Positions 21,098-33,787 of a stretch of DNA of 64,000 nt are shown one piece after another. The notes under the pieces are model-generated. The model ran no database searches. It had not been told where the DNA came from and saw only the letters and a program-made list of their open reading frames with translations. Every line of letters starts with the position of its first letter. Position 1 is the stretch's first letter. Source of the DNA: an uncultured delta proteobacterium (lineage in GTDB: Bacteria > Myxococcota_A > UBA9160 > SMWR01); assembly GCA_963832165.1 (NCBI GenBank), contig CAWHTE010000005.1, forward strand, positions 32,001 to 96,000. Reading direction: 5' to 3'. A program made the position numbers and the translations under genes.

Positions 21098-21745
21098 TCA
21101 GCCGAGGTTGCGGAACACGCCCTTGAGGAAGTCTTCCTCGGACACGCCGAACTTCGCGCCGAAGTTGTGGCGCTCGTCGATCGCGCGGTAGAGCTGGCGC
21201 AACAGCTCGCGGAACGTCTCGCGGACGCCCTCGCCCTTCGTGGCCACGGCGGGGAAGGTGGACACCGAGCCCCACGCCGCCTTGATCTCCTCGAGCGACT
21301 TCACGTCGGGCAGGTCGCGTTTATTGAACTGCACGACCTTCGGAATCTTGTCGAAGTCGATCCCGTTGCTCTTGAGATTCGCCTCCATGTCGCGCCACGA
21401 GTACGCGTTCGCGGAGGCGCTCGAGCGCTGCGAGTCGCACACGAACACGACGGCGTCGGCGCCCGAGAGGACGACCTTGCGCGTCGACTTGTGCATCACC
21501 TGGCCCGGCACCGTGAACAGCTTCAGCTTCACGGAGAATCCGTTGGCGGTGCCGAACTCGATCGGCAGGAAGTCGAAGTAGAGCGTGCGGTCGCCCGTGG
21601 TATCGAGCGTCACCATCTTGCCGCGCGAGCCCGTGTCCACGAGCTGGTGGAGCATCTGCAGGTTGGTCGTCTTGCCGGACAGCGCGGGTCCGTAATAGAC
21701 CACCTTCACGGTGATCTCGCGCTCCGACATGTTGATCTGGACCAT
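21098..21745 (-). CDS. MglA-family small GTPase (orphan paralogue)
   Basis: KVVYYGPALSGKTTNL, DRTLYFDF, TVPGQ, GADAVVFVCDS, QFNKRDL; ATG at 21745. Confidence 0.92.
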   Translation of the reverse strand: MVQINMSEREITVKVVYYGPALSGKTTNLQMLHQLVDTGSRGKMVTLDTTGDRTLYFDFLPIEFGTANGFSVKLKLFTVPGQVMHKSTRKVVLSGADAVVFVCDSQRSSASANAYSWRDMEANLKSNGIDFDKIPKVVQFNKRDLPDVKSLEEIKAAWGSVSTFPAVATKGEGVRETFRELLRQLYRAIDERHNFGAKFGVSEEDFLKGVFRNLG

Positions 21746-21853
21746 GCCCCTCGAGCCCCCGAACCGACACACCTGTACGGGGGGCTCATCGGCGAGTTGC
21801 GGGCCGATATGTAGGCAACTGCTCACACATTGCGGTGCCGCGGCCCGCGCGTT

Positions 21854-22852
21854 CTAGTCGGAGCGGAATGCTTCCAGCAGCGCGCGAGCCGCGCGCGCAG
21901 GAGTGGTCTGGAGCTCCTGGACTTCCCGCTCGAGCGCGGGAATCCGGTCGGCCACGATCGGGTGCGACCGGAACGAGCGGCGCAGTCCCTCGTCGACGAG
22001 GCTCCACATCCAGGCGCGGGTCTGCTCGCGGCGGCGCGCCGCACTCTCTCCACTCGCGCCGAGCGCATCGCGGTGCGCGAGCACCATCTGCCAGACCGCG
22101 TCGACTCCTTCGCCCGTCTGCCCGCTCGCGGACAACACGCGCGGCCGCCAGCTCGGCGAGAGCGGGCGCAACAGGGAGAGCGCGCGCTCGTAGTCCTGGC
22201 GCGCGCGCTCCGCGAGCGGGCGCACGTCGCCGTCGGCCTTGTTCACGACGAGCCCGTCCGCGAGCTCGAGCACGCCCTTCTTGATCCCCTGCAGCTCGTC
22301 CCCCGAGCCCGGCTGCAACAGCACGAGGAAGAAGTCGACCATGCCCGCGACCGTGATCTCGGACTGGCCGATCCCCACCGTCTCCACGATCGCGACGTCA
22401 TATCCCCCCGCCTCGCAGACGAGCATCGCCTCGCGCGTGCGCGCGGCGACTCCCCCCAGCGTGCCGCCGGACGGCGACGGGCGGATGAACGCCTCGTCGC
22501 GCTGCGCGAGCCGCTCCATGCGCGTCTTGTCGCCGAGGATGCTGCCGCGGGTGACGGGGCTGCTCGGGTCGACCGCGAGCACGGCCACGCGGTGCCCCGC
22601 GTCGAGCAGATAGAGACCGAGCGCCTCGATGAACGTGCTCTTGCCGACGCCGGGCGGGCCCGTGATGCCGACGCGCAGCGCGCCGCCCGTGTCCGACACG
22701 AGCGCGTCGAGGATCTCCTGGCCGCGCTCGGCGCGATCGGCGCGCGTGCTCTCGAGCAGCGTGATCGTGCGCGCGATCGCGCGGCGATCGCCCGCGCGGA
22801 TCGCGGCGGGAACGTCGACCAGATCTTTCACCTTATCGACTTCGCTCGGCAC
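21854..22852 (-). CDS. meaB: Methylmalonyl-CoA mutase-associated GTPase MeaB
   Basis: GITGPPGVGKST, AVDPSS, GDKTRM, VETVGIGQSE, GDELQGIKKG, NKAD. Confidence 0.95.
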   Translation of the reverse strand: MPSEVDKVKDLVDVPAAIRAGDRRAIARTITLLESTRADRAERGQEILDALVSDTGGALRVGITGPPGVGKSTFIEALGLYLLDAGHRVAVLAVDPSSPVTRGSILGDKTRMERLAQRDEAFIRPSPSGGTLGGVAARTREAMLVCEAGGYDVAIVETVGIGQSEITVAGMVDFFLVLLQPGSGDELQGIKKGVLELADGLVVNKADGDVRPLAERARQDYERALSLLRPLSPSWRPRVLSASGQTGEGVDAVWQMVLAHRDALGASGESAARRREQTRAWMWSLVDEGLRRSFRSHPIVADRIPALEREVQELQTTPARAARALLEAFRSD

Positions 22853-22865
22853 GCCTCATGGCCTT

Positions 22866-22909
22866 CGCTCGCCTTCGGCTCGCTGCGCGAAACTTGCGGC
22901 TCGCTGCGC
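22866..22909. repeat. Short REP-like element, copy 1 plus a partial tandem copy
   Basis: CGCTCGCCTTCGGCTCGCTGCGCG (22866-22889) followed by GCGGCTCGCTGCGC; 23/24 identical to 44564-44587. Confidence 0.55.
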
Positions 22910-25066
<2,157 letters not shown>

Positions 25067-25182
25067 GTCAGCGGGGGCTCCTCGTACAGATGAAGCAAAA
25101 ACGATAGCTGCCCCGCCAAGTTGCAGCACGGAGATCGCAGCGCGGTTCATGATCGGCCGCCCGTGCGCCGATCGATGGGGGA

Positions 25183-26697
25183 ATGTCCCGCGCCCTGCTC
25201 GCCATACCGCTCGTCACGGCGCTGGTCGCGTGGGGCAGCGGCGTGTGCGGGCGCGCCTTCGACTACGACGAGGTGATGCAGGCCCACGCGATCTGGCAGA
25301 TCACCGAGGGCCTCGTGCCGTTCCGCGACTTCTTCGAGGTCCACCCGCCCTTCCTCTGGTACCTGTTCGCGCCCGCGGTGTCGCTGCTGCCGGACGGGCC
25401 CGAGCTTCTGTTCGGGCTGCGCGCGCTCTCGGTGCTCGGCTGCGTGGCGTGGTTCGCCGCACTGCTCGCGGCCGCGCGTGCGGCGCGGCCCGCGCTGCGC
25501 GCGGAGTGGTGCATCGCCGCGGCGGCGGTCGCGGCCTGCCACCCGCTCGCGATCGACTTCGGCGTCCAGTTCCGGCCCGACGTCTGGGTCTGGGCGGCTG
25601 CGTTCGCCGTGCTCGCGCGCGCGATCCACGCGCGCGCGGGCTGGCGACGCGCGGCCGAGCTCGGAGTCGCCGGCACGCTCTGCACACTCGCGCTCCCGAA
25701 GCTCGCGCTCCTGTTCCCCGCGTTCGTCGCGATCGACTTCGTGCGCCGCGACGTGCGCGAGCCGCTCGCGCCCGATCTCGCGGGCTACGCGATCGGCATC
25801 GCCACGGGCCTCGCACTCGCCATGGGATTCCTGTTCGCGGTGGGGATCCAGCCGCTCGCGGCCTGGGACCTCGCGATCCGATATCACGGTTACGTCGCCA
25901 CGCACGCGGGCTTCCCGCGCGATCTCTGGGACGAGGTGATCAGTGCGCGCGCTTCGCTCGCGGTGGCGCTCGCGGGCGTGCTCGCGTGGCTGGCGTGGCT
26001 GCGGGTCGAGAGCGAGATGCCCACCACGCTCGAGCTCGCCGTGCTCGTCGCGTGCGGGCTCCAGCTCTGGATCGTTCCGTTCCCGTACGTGCAGTACACG
26101 GCGCCCGTATTCGTGCTCGCGGCCATCCTCGTGCCGTACCTGGGCGGCCTGTCCGAAGCGCTCGGCCGGCGCTGGCGGCCGGCGCCCCGATTCGCGCTCG
26201 CCTGCACGTGTCTCGTCGCTGCAGGGCTCGCCGCGGTGCCGCTCGCGCGGAGCTGGAACAGCCTCGACGCGATCCGTTTCGCGCAGGTTCACGCGGCGGT
26301 GCGCGAGCTCGCACCCGAAGGCGAGCGGATCCTCGTGCCGCCGCCGTTCCACCCGATCGCGCGCCACGACGCGCTGTACGGGCTGATCCAGACCTGGATG
26401 CCGTCCGGCGTGACCACCGAGCAGACGGTGCGGCGCCTCGAGCTGCCGAGCCGCGATTGGCTCAGCGAAGCCAGCTACCGCCGCGAGCTCGAGGCCAACC
26501 GGCCCGCGGTGGTGCTGTTCACGGGCACGCGCGAGTTCTTCTACAGCCCCGAGCAGGCCGCCGCGATCGCGCGCTATCTCGGCGATCACGCGTCGGAGTA
26601 CAGGCGCGTCGACGGGCTCGAGCCGGCGCTCTGGGTGCGCGCGGACCTCGTCGTGGCCCAGCAGCCGCGACTTCCGTCGGATACACGCACCCAGTAG
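25183..26697 (+). CDS. Multi-pass membrane protein, putative GT-C glycosyltransferase
   Basis: Acidic DYDE loop after TM1, [14 protein letters not shown], many hydrophobic segments, soluble C-terminal domain. Confidence 0.65.
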   Translation: MSRALLAIPLVTALVAWGSGVCGRAFDYDEVMQAHAIWQITEGLVPFRDFFEVHPPFLWYLFAPAVSLLPDGPELLFGLRALSVLGCVAWFAALLAAARAARPALRAEWCIAAAAVAACHPLAIDFGVQFRPDVWVWAAAFAVLARAIHARAGWRRAAELGVAGTLCTLALPKLALLFPAFVAIDFVRRDVREPLAPDLAGYAIGIATGLALAMGFLFAVGIQPLAAWDLAIRYHGYVATHAGFPRDLWDEVISARASLAVALAGVLAWLAWLRVESEMPTTLELAVLVACGLQLWIVPFPYVQYTAPVFVLAAILVPYLGGLSEALGRRWRPAPRFALACTCLVAAGLAAVPLARSWNSLDAIRFAQVHAAVRELAPEGERILVPPPFHPIARHDALYGLIQTWMPSGVTTEQTVRRLELPSRDWLSEASYRRELEANRPAVVLFTGTREFFYSPEQAAAIARYLGDHASEYRRVDGLEPALWVRADLVVAQQPRLPSDTRTQ

Positions 26698-26710
26698 CAT
26701 CCGGATCCTC

Positions 26711-27928
26711 GTGATCCGCCTGCAAGAGCACTATCGCCGTCCCGATTGGGTGCGCCGCATGAACTACATGGGCGACTCCGTGCTGGGCGCACACCATCTC
26801 GTGTCACTCGAGCCCGACGCGCTGGTCGAGCAGGCGCGCATCGCGGCGGGGCTCGAGGATTTCGGCGACTTCGACGGCGATTGGCGCGGCCGGCTCGAGC
26901 ACCTCGTCGAGCAGATCGAGAGCACTGCGCGGCTCCACCTGGTCGGGCGGCTCATGACGCGACAGGAGATCCTGCGCGGCCTGATCACGCGCCTCCTGCT
27001 CACGCAGCGCCGCCGAGCGGAGCCCGCGATCGCGCGCGAGCCGATCGAGGCGCCGATCGTGATCGCGGGGCCCGCGCGCTCGGGCACCACGATCCTGCAC
27101 GAGCTCCTGTGGCTCGACCCCGAGGCGCGCAGTCCGCTCGCCTACGAGGCGCTCCACCCCGCGCCGCCGGCCTCGCTCGCGGGCGAGCTGCGGGCACAGA
27201 TCGCCGAGTGCGAGCAGGAGCTGTGGTCGGACGTGCAGCCCGAGTTCGCGGCGGTCCACGAGCTCGCGGCGCGGCTGCCGATGGAATGCATCGCGATCCG
27301 CCAGCCCTCGTTCGGCGGCTTCCACTGGCCGATGGCCGCCGACATCCCGGGCTTCGTGCCCGACTTCCCGAATGCGATGGCCTATCACCGCGCGGTGCTC
27401 CAGAGCCTCCAGTACGGCGCGCCGCGCCGCACCTGGGTGCTCAAGACGCCCGTCTACCTGATGATGCTCGACCTGCTCTTCGCGACCTATCCCGATGCGT
27501 CCGTGATCATGACCCATCGCGATCCGGTCAAGACGCTGCCCTCGGGCCTGTCCACGCTCGCCGCGGTGCGCTGGCTGCGCAGCGACCACGTCGATATCGA
27601 GAAGATGGATGGCTACGGCTCGGGGCTGCTCTTGTACGCGCTGACGGAGCGCGACCGCGCGGGCACACTGCCGGGCCGGCTCGTGAACGTCCAGTTCGCC
27701 GATCTGATGCGCGATCCGATCGACGCGATGGAGCGCCTGTATGCAGACCTCGGGCGGACGTTCCAGTCGACCCACGCCGACCGGATCCGCGACTACCTCG
27801 GCCACAAGCCGAAGGGCAAGTTCGGTGCGCACAAGTACACGCCCGAAGACTGGGGACTCGACCCGGAGCGCATCCGCCGCGACCTCGCGCCGTACATGGA
27901 GCACTACCGGGTGCCGCGCGAGGACTAG
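26711..27928 (+). CDS. Sulfotransferase family protein
   Basis: PAPS loop IAGPARSGTTILHELL, WVLKTP, IMTHRDP, DLMRDP. Confidence 0.88.
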   Translation: MIRLQEHYRRPDWVRRMNYMGDSVLGAHHLVSLEPDALVEQARIAAGLEDFGDFDGDWRGRLEHLVEQIESTARLHLVGRLMTRQEILRGLITRLLLTQRRRAEPAIAREPIEAPIVIAGPARSGTTILHELLWLDPEARSPLAYEALHPAPPASLAGELRAQIAECEQELWSDVQPEFAAVHELAARLPMECIAIRQPSFGGFHWPMAADIPGFVPDFPNAMAYHRAVLQSLQYGAPRRTWVLKTPVYLMMLDLLFATYPDASVIMTHRDPVKTLPSGLSTLAAVRWLRSDHVDIEKMDGYGSGLLLYALTERDRAGTLPGRLVNVQFADLMRDPIDAMERLYADLGRTFQSTHADRIRDYLGHKPKGKFGAHKYTPEDWGLDPERIRRDLAPYMEHYRVPRED

Positions 27929-27959
27929 CGCCATCTCTGTGGCGTGTGAAAATTGCGGC

Positions 27960-29144
27960 GTGCGCCGATCACGCGGCTGGACCCGATTCGCTGCCTGGCT
28001 CGTATTGATGCTGGGCGCGTGTGCGAGCCCGCCCGAGCAGACCGCACCCGAGAGCGTCGGCGACGCGGTCGAACCTGCGCCGCTGATCCCGTCGACGACG
28101 CAGGGAAAGGCCTGGGGCGTCTACCGCTACGCGCGCACGCGGGCGTACGACGAATCGAAAGGCGTCCGGCACAACCCGGCAACTGACGACTATCGGATCG
28201 AGCTTCGGGCGCGCGCGGCGCTGGCCGGGTTCTGGCGCGACGAGCGACCGCCCGATACCGGGCCCGATCCGTATCTCGACCTGCTCGTCGCACTCGACGA
28301 CCAGGGGCGCCTCCCGGAGCACGTGCTGGCATCCCTGCTCGAGCCGGGCTGGACGATCCCGGCCGAAGAGCTCGCGCAGATCGATCTCGCGGCGCTCGCC
28401 GAACTCGCGCGCGAGCCGATCCAGGCGCCGACCTTCGCCGTGCCGGAACCGCGCTCGGGAGAGGTCCGATCCGTCATCCCGGGCGAGCAGCTCCCGGACC
28501 CGCTGGCGCTCCATCCAGACCGCGTTCCGTGCGCGGAGTCGCTGCCGACGCTGCGCACGGCGATCCGCGCCTGGGAGCAGGAACGGGATGGGCTCGACGG
28601 CGCGCCCGCGGCCGCGGAGAACCGCGCTGAGCTCCTCCAACTGCTCTCGCTCGGCCGAGGCGAGCCTCCCTTCGCCACGCGCGGCATGACCTGGGTATCC
28701 CCGAAGCCTCATTGGCTGCTCTTCGTGGCGGGCTTCTGCGCGATCGAGCACGAGGACTACGACGAGGCCGAGCAGTGGCTCGAGAGCGCGGTCGCCATGG
28801 CGCCGCACCGCGAGACCGCGCGCCTGGAGCTCGTGCACGCACTCGTCTCCCAGCGCAAGCTCGATCGCGCGGATGCAGTCGTCGGGGTCACGCTCTCCCG
28901 ATCGCAGGACCGCTGCGAGCTGGCTCGCGCCTGGCGCAAGCGCGGCTACATCCGTTTCGAGCAGCGCCGGCTCTCCGAGGCCGAGGACGCCTATCACCGC
29001 TCGCTCGACTTCGATCCCGAAAGCGGAATCGCGCACTCGGAGCTCGACCTGCTGCAACGCGAGATCGCGAAGAACGGCGGCACGCCGAAGTGGTACGTGC
29101 CGCCCGCTTCCCATTCGCACGTCACGAAATGCCCGCCGTCGTAG
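27960..29144 (+). CDS. TPR-containing lipoprotein
   Basis: Lipobox MLGAC after a probable GTG at 27960; C-terminal TPR-like repeats ([30 protein letters not shown]). Confidence 0.7.
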   Translation: MRRSRGWTRFAAWLVLMLGACASPPEQTAPESVGDAVEPAPLIPSTTQGKAWGVYRYARTRAYDESKGVRHNPATDDYRIELRARAALAGFWRDERPPDTGPDPYLDLLVALDDQGRLPEHVLASLLEPGWTIPAEELAQIDLAALAELAREPIQAPTFAVPEPRSGEVRSVIPGEQLPDPLALHPDRVPCAESLPTLRTAIRAWEQERDGLDGAPAAAENRAELLQLLSLGRGEPPFATRGMTWVSPKPHWLLFVAGFCAIEHEDYDEAEQWLESAVAMAPHRETARLELVHALVSQRKLDRADAVVGVTLSRSQDRCELARAWRKRGYIRFEQRRLSEAEDAYHRSLDFDPESGIAHSELDLLQREIAKNGGTPKWYVPPASHSHVTKCPPS

Positions 29145-29163
29145 GACGGGCCGCAGTCCGCCG

Positions 29164-32100
29164 CTACATCGATCTCCGATAGCTTCCGCCCACCTCGAAC
29201 AGCGCATACGTGATCTGCTCGAGGCTCGCGACCTTCACCGTCTCCATGAGCTCGGCGAATACGTTCGCCGCCGCTCTCTGCGACCTCCTGGAGCCGGCGC
29301 AGTGCGATCGGCGCCGCCTCGGCGTGCCGGCGCTGGAACGCGCGCAGGTTGTCGAGCTGAACGCGCTTCTCGCCCTCGTCCGAGCGCATCAGCTCGCGCG
29401 TACGCGGCGCCTCCGCGTGCGGGTTCTCGAACGTGTTCACGCCGATGATCGGCAGCGCCCCCGAATCCTTCTGCGACTCGTAATGGAGGCTCTCCTCCTG
29501 GATCTTGCTGCGCTGGTAGAGCGTCTCCATCGCGCCGAGCACGCCGCCGCGCTGGGACAGGCGCTCGAACTCCTCCAGCACCGCGTTCTCGACGGCCTCG
29601 GTGAGATAGTCGATCGCGTAGGCGCCCTGGAGCGGGTTCTCGTTGCGCGCGATCCCGAGCTCGCGGTTGATGATCAGCTGGATCGCCACCGCGCGCCGCA
29701 CGCTCTCTTCCGTGGGCGTCGTCACGGCCTCGTCGTAGGCGTTGGTGTGCAGGCTGTTGCACTGGTCCTCGATCGCCGTGAGCGCCTGGAGCGTCGTGCG
29801 GATGTCGTTGAACGCCATCTCCTGTGCGTGCAGAGACCGACCCGACGTTTGGATGTGATACTTGAGCTTCTGGCTGCGTTCGGTCGCGCCGTACCGCTCG
29901 CGCAACGCGATCGCCCAGATCCGCCGCGCGACGCGCCCGATCACGCTGTACTCCGCGTCGAGCCCGTTGCTGAAGAAGAACGAGAAGTTCGGCGCGAAGT
30001 CGTCCACGCTCATCCCGCGCGCGCGGTAGTACTCGCAGTAGGTGAATCCGTTCGCGAGCGTGAACGCGAGCTGGGTGATCGGGTTCGCTCCGGCCTCGGC
30101 GATGTGGTAGCCCGAGATCGAGACCGAGTAGAAGTTGTCGATCTCGTTCTCGATGAAGTACTGCTGGACGTCGCCCATGACCTTCAGCGAGAAATCCGTG
30201 GAGAAGATGCAGGTGTTCTGCGCCTGGTCCTCCTTGAGGATGTCGGCCTGCACGGTGCCGCGCACGCGGTGCAGCACGTCGGCGCGGATGCGCGCGTAGG
30301 TCTCGGCGTCGATGACCTCGTCGCCCGACACCCCCAGTAGCGCGAGCCCGAGCCCGTCGTGGCCCTCCGGGAGCGGACCCGCATAGCGCGGGAGGTCGCG
30401 CGCTGCGAGCTCGGCGCGGACCGCGTCGAGCCGTCCCGTCTCGCGCAGGTGCTGCTCGACGCCCTGATCGATCGCCGCGTTCAGGAAGAACGCGAGCACC
30501 GTGGGCGCGGGCCCGTTGATCGTCATCGAGACGGACGTGCTCGGCGCTGCGAGGTCGAAGCCGGAGTAGAGCTTCTTCGCGTCGTCCACCGTGCACACCG
30601 AGACACCCGAGTTGCCGACCTTGCCGAAGATGTCGGGGCGCGGCGCGGGATCGCGACCGTAGAGCGTCACGGAGTCGAACGCGGTCGAGAGCCGCGCGGC
30701 GGGCATGCCGCGCGAGACGAGATGGAAGCGGCGGTTCGTGCGCTCGGGCGTGCCCTCCCCTGCGAACATGCGCGTCGGATCCTCGTCTTCGCGTTTGAAC
30801 GGAAACACGCCCGCCGTGAACGGGAAGCTCCCGGGCAGGTTCTCGCGGCGCAGGAAGCGCGCGAGCTCCGCCCAGTCGCGCGTGCGCGGCAGCGCGACCT
30901 TGGGCAGCCGCGTGCGCGAGAGCGTCTCGACGTGGTTCTCCACGTCGATCGCGCGGCCGCGCACCTCGTAGGACTGGGTATCGGCCGCATAGCGCGCGCG
31001 CACCTCGGGCCACTCGCGCAGCGCGTCGGCGAGCTCGGGACCCAGGTCGGCGAGCGCCGCGTCGCGCGCGGCGCGCAGCGCCGGCGCCTCGGCGCTCTGC
31101 GCGTCGAGTGCGGAGATCGAGCGGTCGAGCGCGGCCGCGTCCGCGGCCCGCTCGGCGAGCCGTTCGGTCTCCGCGTGCCACGCGCGCACGGTCTCGGCGA
31201 TCTCCGCGAGATACCGCCCGCGCGCGGCCGGAATCAGCGCGCCGGGCAGCATCCTCGGCGGTCCGCACGGTGTCGGGCGGCCGGTCCAGACCCAGGTGCG
31301 GCGCGAGCGCCGCGAACAGCCGGTCGACGCCCGCGTCGTTCCACTGCCGCGCGATCGTCGGGAAGACGGGCACGTCGGCGTCGGCCAACTCGAACTTTGC
31401 GCGGTTGCGCTTCCACTGCTTGCGCACGTCCCGCAGCGCGTCGAGCGCGCCCTGGCGGTCGCTCTTGTTGAGCACCACCACGTCGGCGAGATCGAGCATG
31501 TCGATCTTCTCGAGCTGCGACGGCGCACCGTACTCGGGCGTCATCACATAGACCGACGTGTCGACGAGATCGACGACCTCCGAATCGCTCTGCCCGATCC
31601 CGGCCGTCTCGACGATCACGAGGTCGAAGTCCGCGGCCTGGAGCACGCGCAGCGCATCGCCCACGGTCCGCGAGAGCGCGAGGTGGGCCCGCCGCGTCGC
31701 GACGCTGCGCACGAAGATGTGCGGGCCGTGGATCGCGTTCATGCGGATCCGGTCGCCGAGGAGCGCCCCGCCGGTGCGACGCCGCGTCGGATCCACGAGC
31801 AGCAGCGCCACGGTCGCATCGGGCCGCGCGCGGCGCAGCCGCAGCACGAGCTCGTCCACGACGCTCGACTTGCCCGCGCCGCCCGTACCCGTGAAGCCGA
31901 TCACGGGCGCCGCGGTGCGCGAGCGTCTCGCGGCGAGCGCCGTGCGCCAGGCCGCCGCCGCGGGGTCGTCCTCGCCCGCGGTCTCGATCTGCGTGATCCA
32001 CTGCGCGACGACGCCAGGCGCGCCTGGCGAGAGCGCCGACACGTCCGGCAGTGCGCGCGGCGGCGCCGCGCGGCACTCGTCCAGGAGTGAGCGGATCATG

Positions 32101-32519
32101 CCCTCGAGCCCGAGCGAGCGGCCCTCGGCCGGACCGAAGACCCGCGCCACACCGCGCGTCTCGAGCTCGCGCGCCTCCTCGGGCGTGATCGTTCCGCCGC
32201 CGCCGCCGTACACGCGGATGTGCTCGCCGCCGAGCTCGCGGAGCCGCTCGACGAGGTAGGCGAAGAACTCCATGTGGCCGCCCTGGTACGAGGACACGGC
32301 CACCGCGCGCGCGTCCTCCTGCACCGCGGCGACCGCGATCTCCTCGACCGAGCGGTCGTGGCCGAGGTGGATCACCTCGGCTCCCTGCGCCTGGAGCAGG
32401 CGCCGCATGATGTTGATCGCCGCGTCGTGGCCGTCGAACAGCGACGCGGCGGTCACCACCCGCACGCGGTCCGATTCGCGCAGCGGATGGAGCGGGACGA
32501 CCGGGGCCGCGGGGCTCAT
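29164..32519 (-). CDS. icmF: Fused isobutyryl-CoA mutase / GTPase IcmF (frameshifted)
   Basis: N-term B12 domain [15 protein letters not shown], GTPase GTGGAGKSS / ETAGIGQS, mutase [10 protein letters not shown] (Phe), [13 protein letters not shown]; indels near 31255 and 29270. Confidence 0.93.
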
Positions 32520-32995
32520 GCGCCCCCCCTCTGCCGCCTTCTCGCGCCGTTCGAGCCGGCCGCGCCGCCGATCCGATGTCCCACGCGCCCGCGATAGGCG
32601 TCGATCTCCTCGCGCAGCGCCACGAGCTCTGCGATCCGCGACTCCACGTCCGCGCGATGGCGCGCGAGCAGCTCGTCGAGTCGCGCGAGCATCGCGCGCG
32701 TCGAGCCCCCGATCGCATACACCGCGTTCAGCTCCTTGATCTCCGCGAGCGAGAGGCCGAGCGCCTTGAGCCGCGAGATGAAGCCCAGGCGCTCGATCTC
32801 GTCCGGCCCATACACACGCCGGCCCCCCGCGCGCCGCCGCACGCCCGGCAGGAGGCCCAGCTCTTCGTAGTAGCGCAGCGTCCGCGCGGAGATGCCCGCG
32901 CGCGAACGCACTTCCGCGATCGACAGGTCGTCGCGCCCGGACCCCGGACGGGCCGCGCGCGGGGCCTCCTCGGCCGCATCTGTTTGCCAGCTCAC
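32516..32995 (-). CDS. MerR-family transcriptional regulator
   Basis: SIAEVRSRAGISARTLRYYEELGLL...RRVY...LGLSLAEIKE; ATGA overlap with icmF. Confidence 0.92.
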   Translation of the reverse strand: MSWQTDAAEEAPRAARPGSGRDDLSIAEVRSRAGISARTLRYYEELGLLPGVRRRAGGRRVYGPDEIERLGFISRLKALGLSLAEIKELNAVYAIGGSTRAMLARLDELLARHRADVESRIAELVALREEIDAYRGRVGHRIGGAAGSNGARRRQRGGA

Positions 32996-33112
32996 GTCAA
33001 CTGGCTAGCACAGGCCCCGGGCCGCCCGCCAGTCGGGCCGAACGAGTGCTTCCGGGGAGCCGCCGACGCTCGGGTGTTCCATCTCCAACAAATCCTTTAA
33101 GTTCGGAACGAG

Positions 33113-33787
33113 ATGCCTCCCGCGACCCGCGTCGTCACCTACTACGCGGTCCCCCGGAGCTCCGGCCCGGGCGCCTCCGACCGGCTCGCCGAGCTCTCGC
33201 GCACCACGGCCGCGTTCGCACGCACGCGCCGGCTCGTCGTGATCGAGCCCTTCGTCGAGGTCCAGCGGGGTCGTGAGCGTCCCGAGCTCACGCGCGCCCT
33301 GGCGCGCAGCCGCGAGGCGCGCGCGTCGCTGCTCGTGCCGAGCCTCGCCGCGCTCGGCGGTGACCTCGCGTTCCTCGAAGCGCTGCTCGCCGCGCGTGTC
33401 GCGCTGCTCGCGTCGGATCGCGGCGCCGTGCGACGCCCCACCCTGCAGCTCTTGTGCGACGTCGCACGCCACGCTCAGAACGCCGCCTCCGACCGCAGCC
33501 GCGACGCGCTTCACGCCGCGCGCCGGCGCGGCGTGAAGCTCGGCTCGCCGCGGCCCGAGATCGGCTCGCGCGCGGGCGTCGCGTCGCTGCGCGCGCGCGC
33601 GGATGCGCGCGCGCAGGCGCTCGCCCCGGCGCTGCGCGAGCTTCTCCTCTCGAATCCGTCGGCCTCGCTGCGCGACCTCGCCGCGCTGCTCGAGGAGCTC
33701 GCGCTACCGACGCCGCGCCGCGGCCGCTGGGGACCGAGCGCCGTGCGCAACGCGCTGCGCCGCACGGGCCTTGCCTCGCCCGCGTAG
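33113..33787 (+). CDS. Serine recombinase/resolvase homologue lacking catalytic residues
   Basis: FVEVQRGRERPELTRAL, ARRRGVKLGSP, SLRDLAALL...PTPRRGRW match the family, but YxRVS reads YYAVP and LDRLSR reads LAALGG. Confidence 0.75.
   Translation: MPPATRVVTYYAVPRSSGPGASDRLAELSRTTAAFARTRRLVVIEPFVEVQRGRERPELTRALARSREARASLLVPSLAALGGDLAFLEALLAARVALLASDRGAVRRPTLQLLCDVARHAQNAASDRSRDALHAARRRGVKLGSPRPEIGSRAGVASLRARADARAQALAPALRELLLSNPSASLRDLAALLEELALPTPRRGRWGPSAVRNALRRTGLASPA

Noticed and set aside
25067..25182. Possible cobalamin riboswitch upstream of the mutase
   Set aside because: The region is too short and no B12-box or conserved core is visible.
33113..33787. Active mobile element or integration site around the recombinase homologue
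   Set aside because: No catalytic residues, terminal repeats, target duplication, tRNA or cargo genes.
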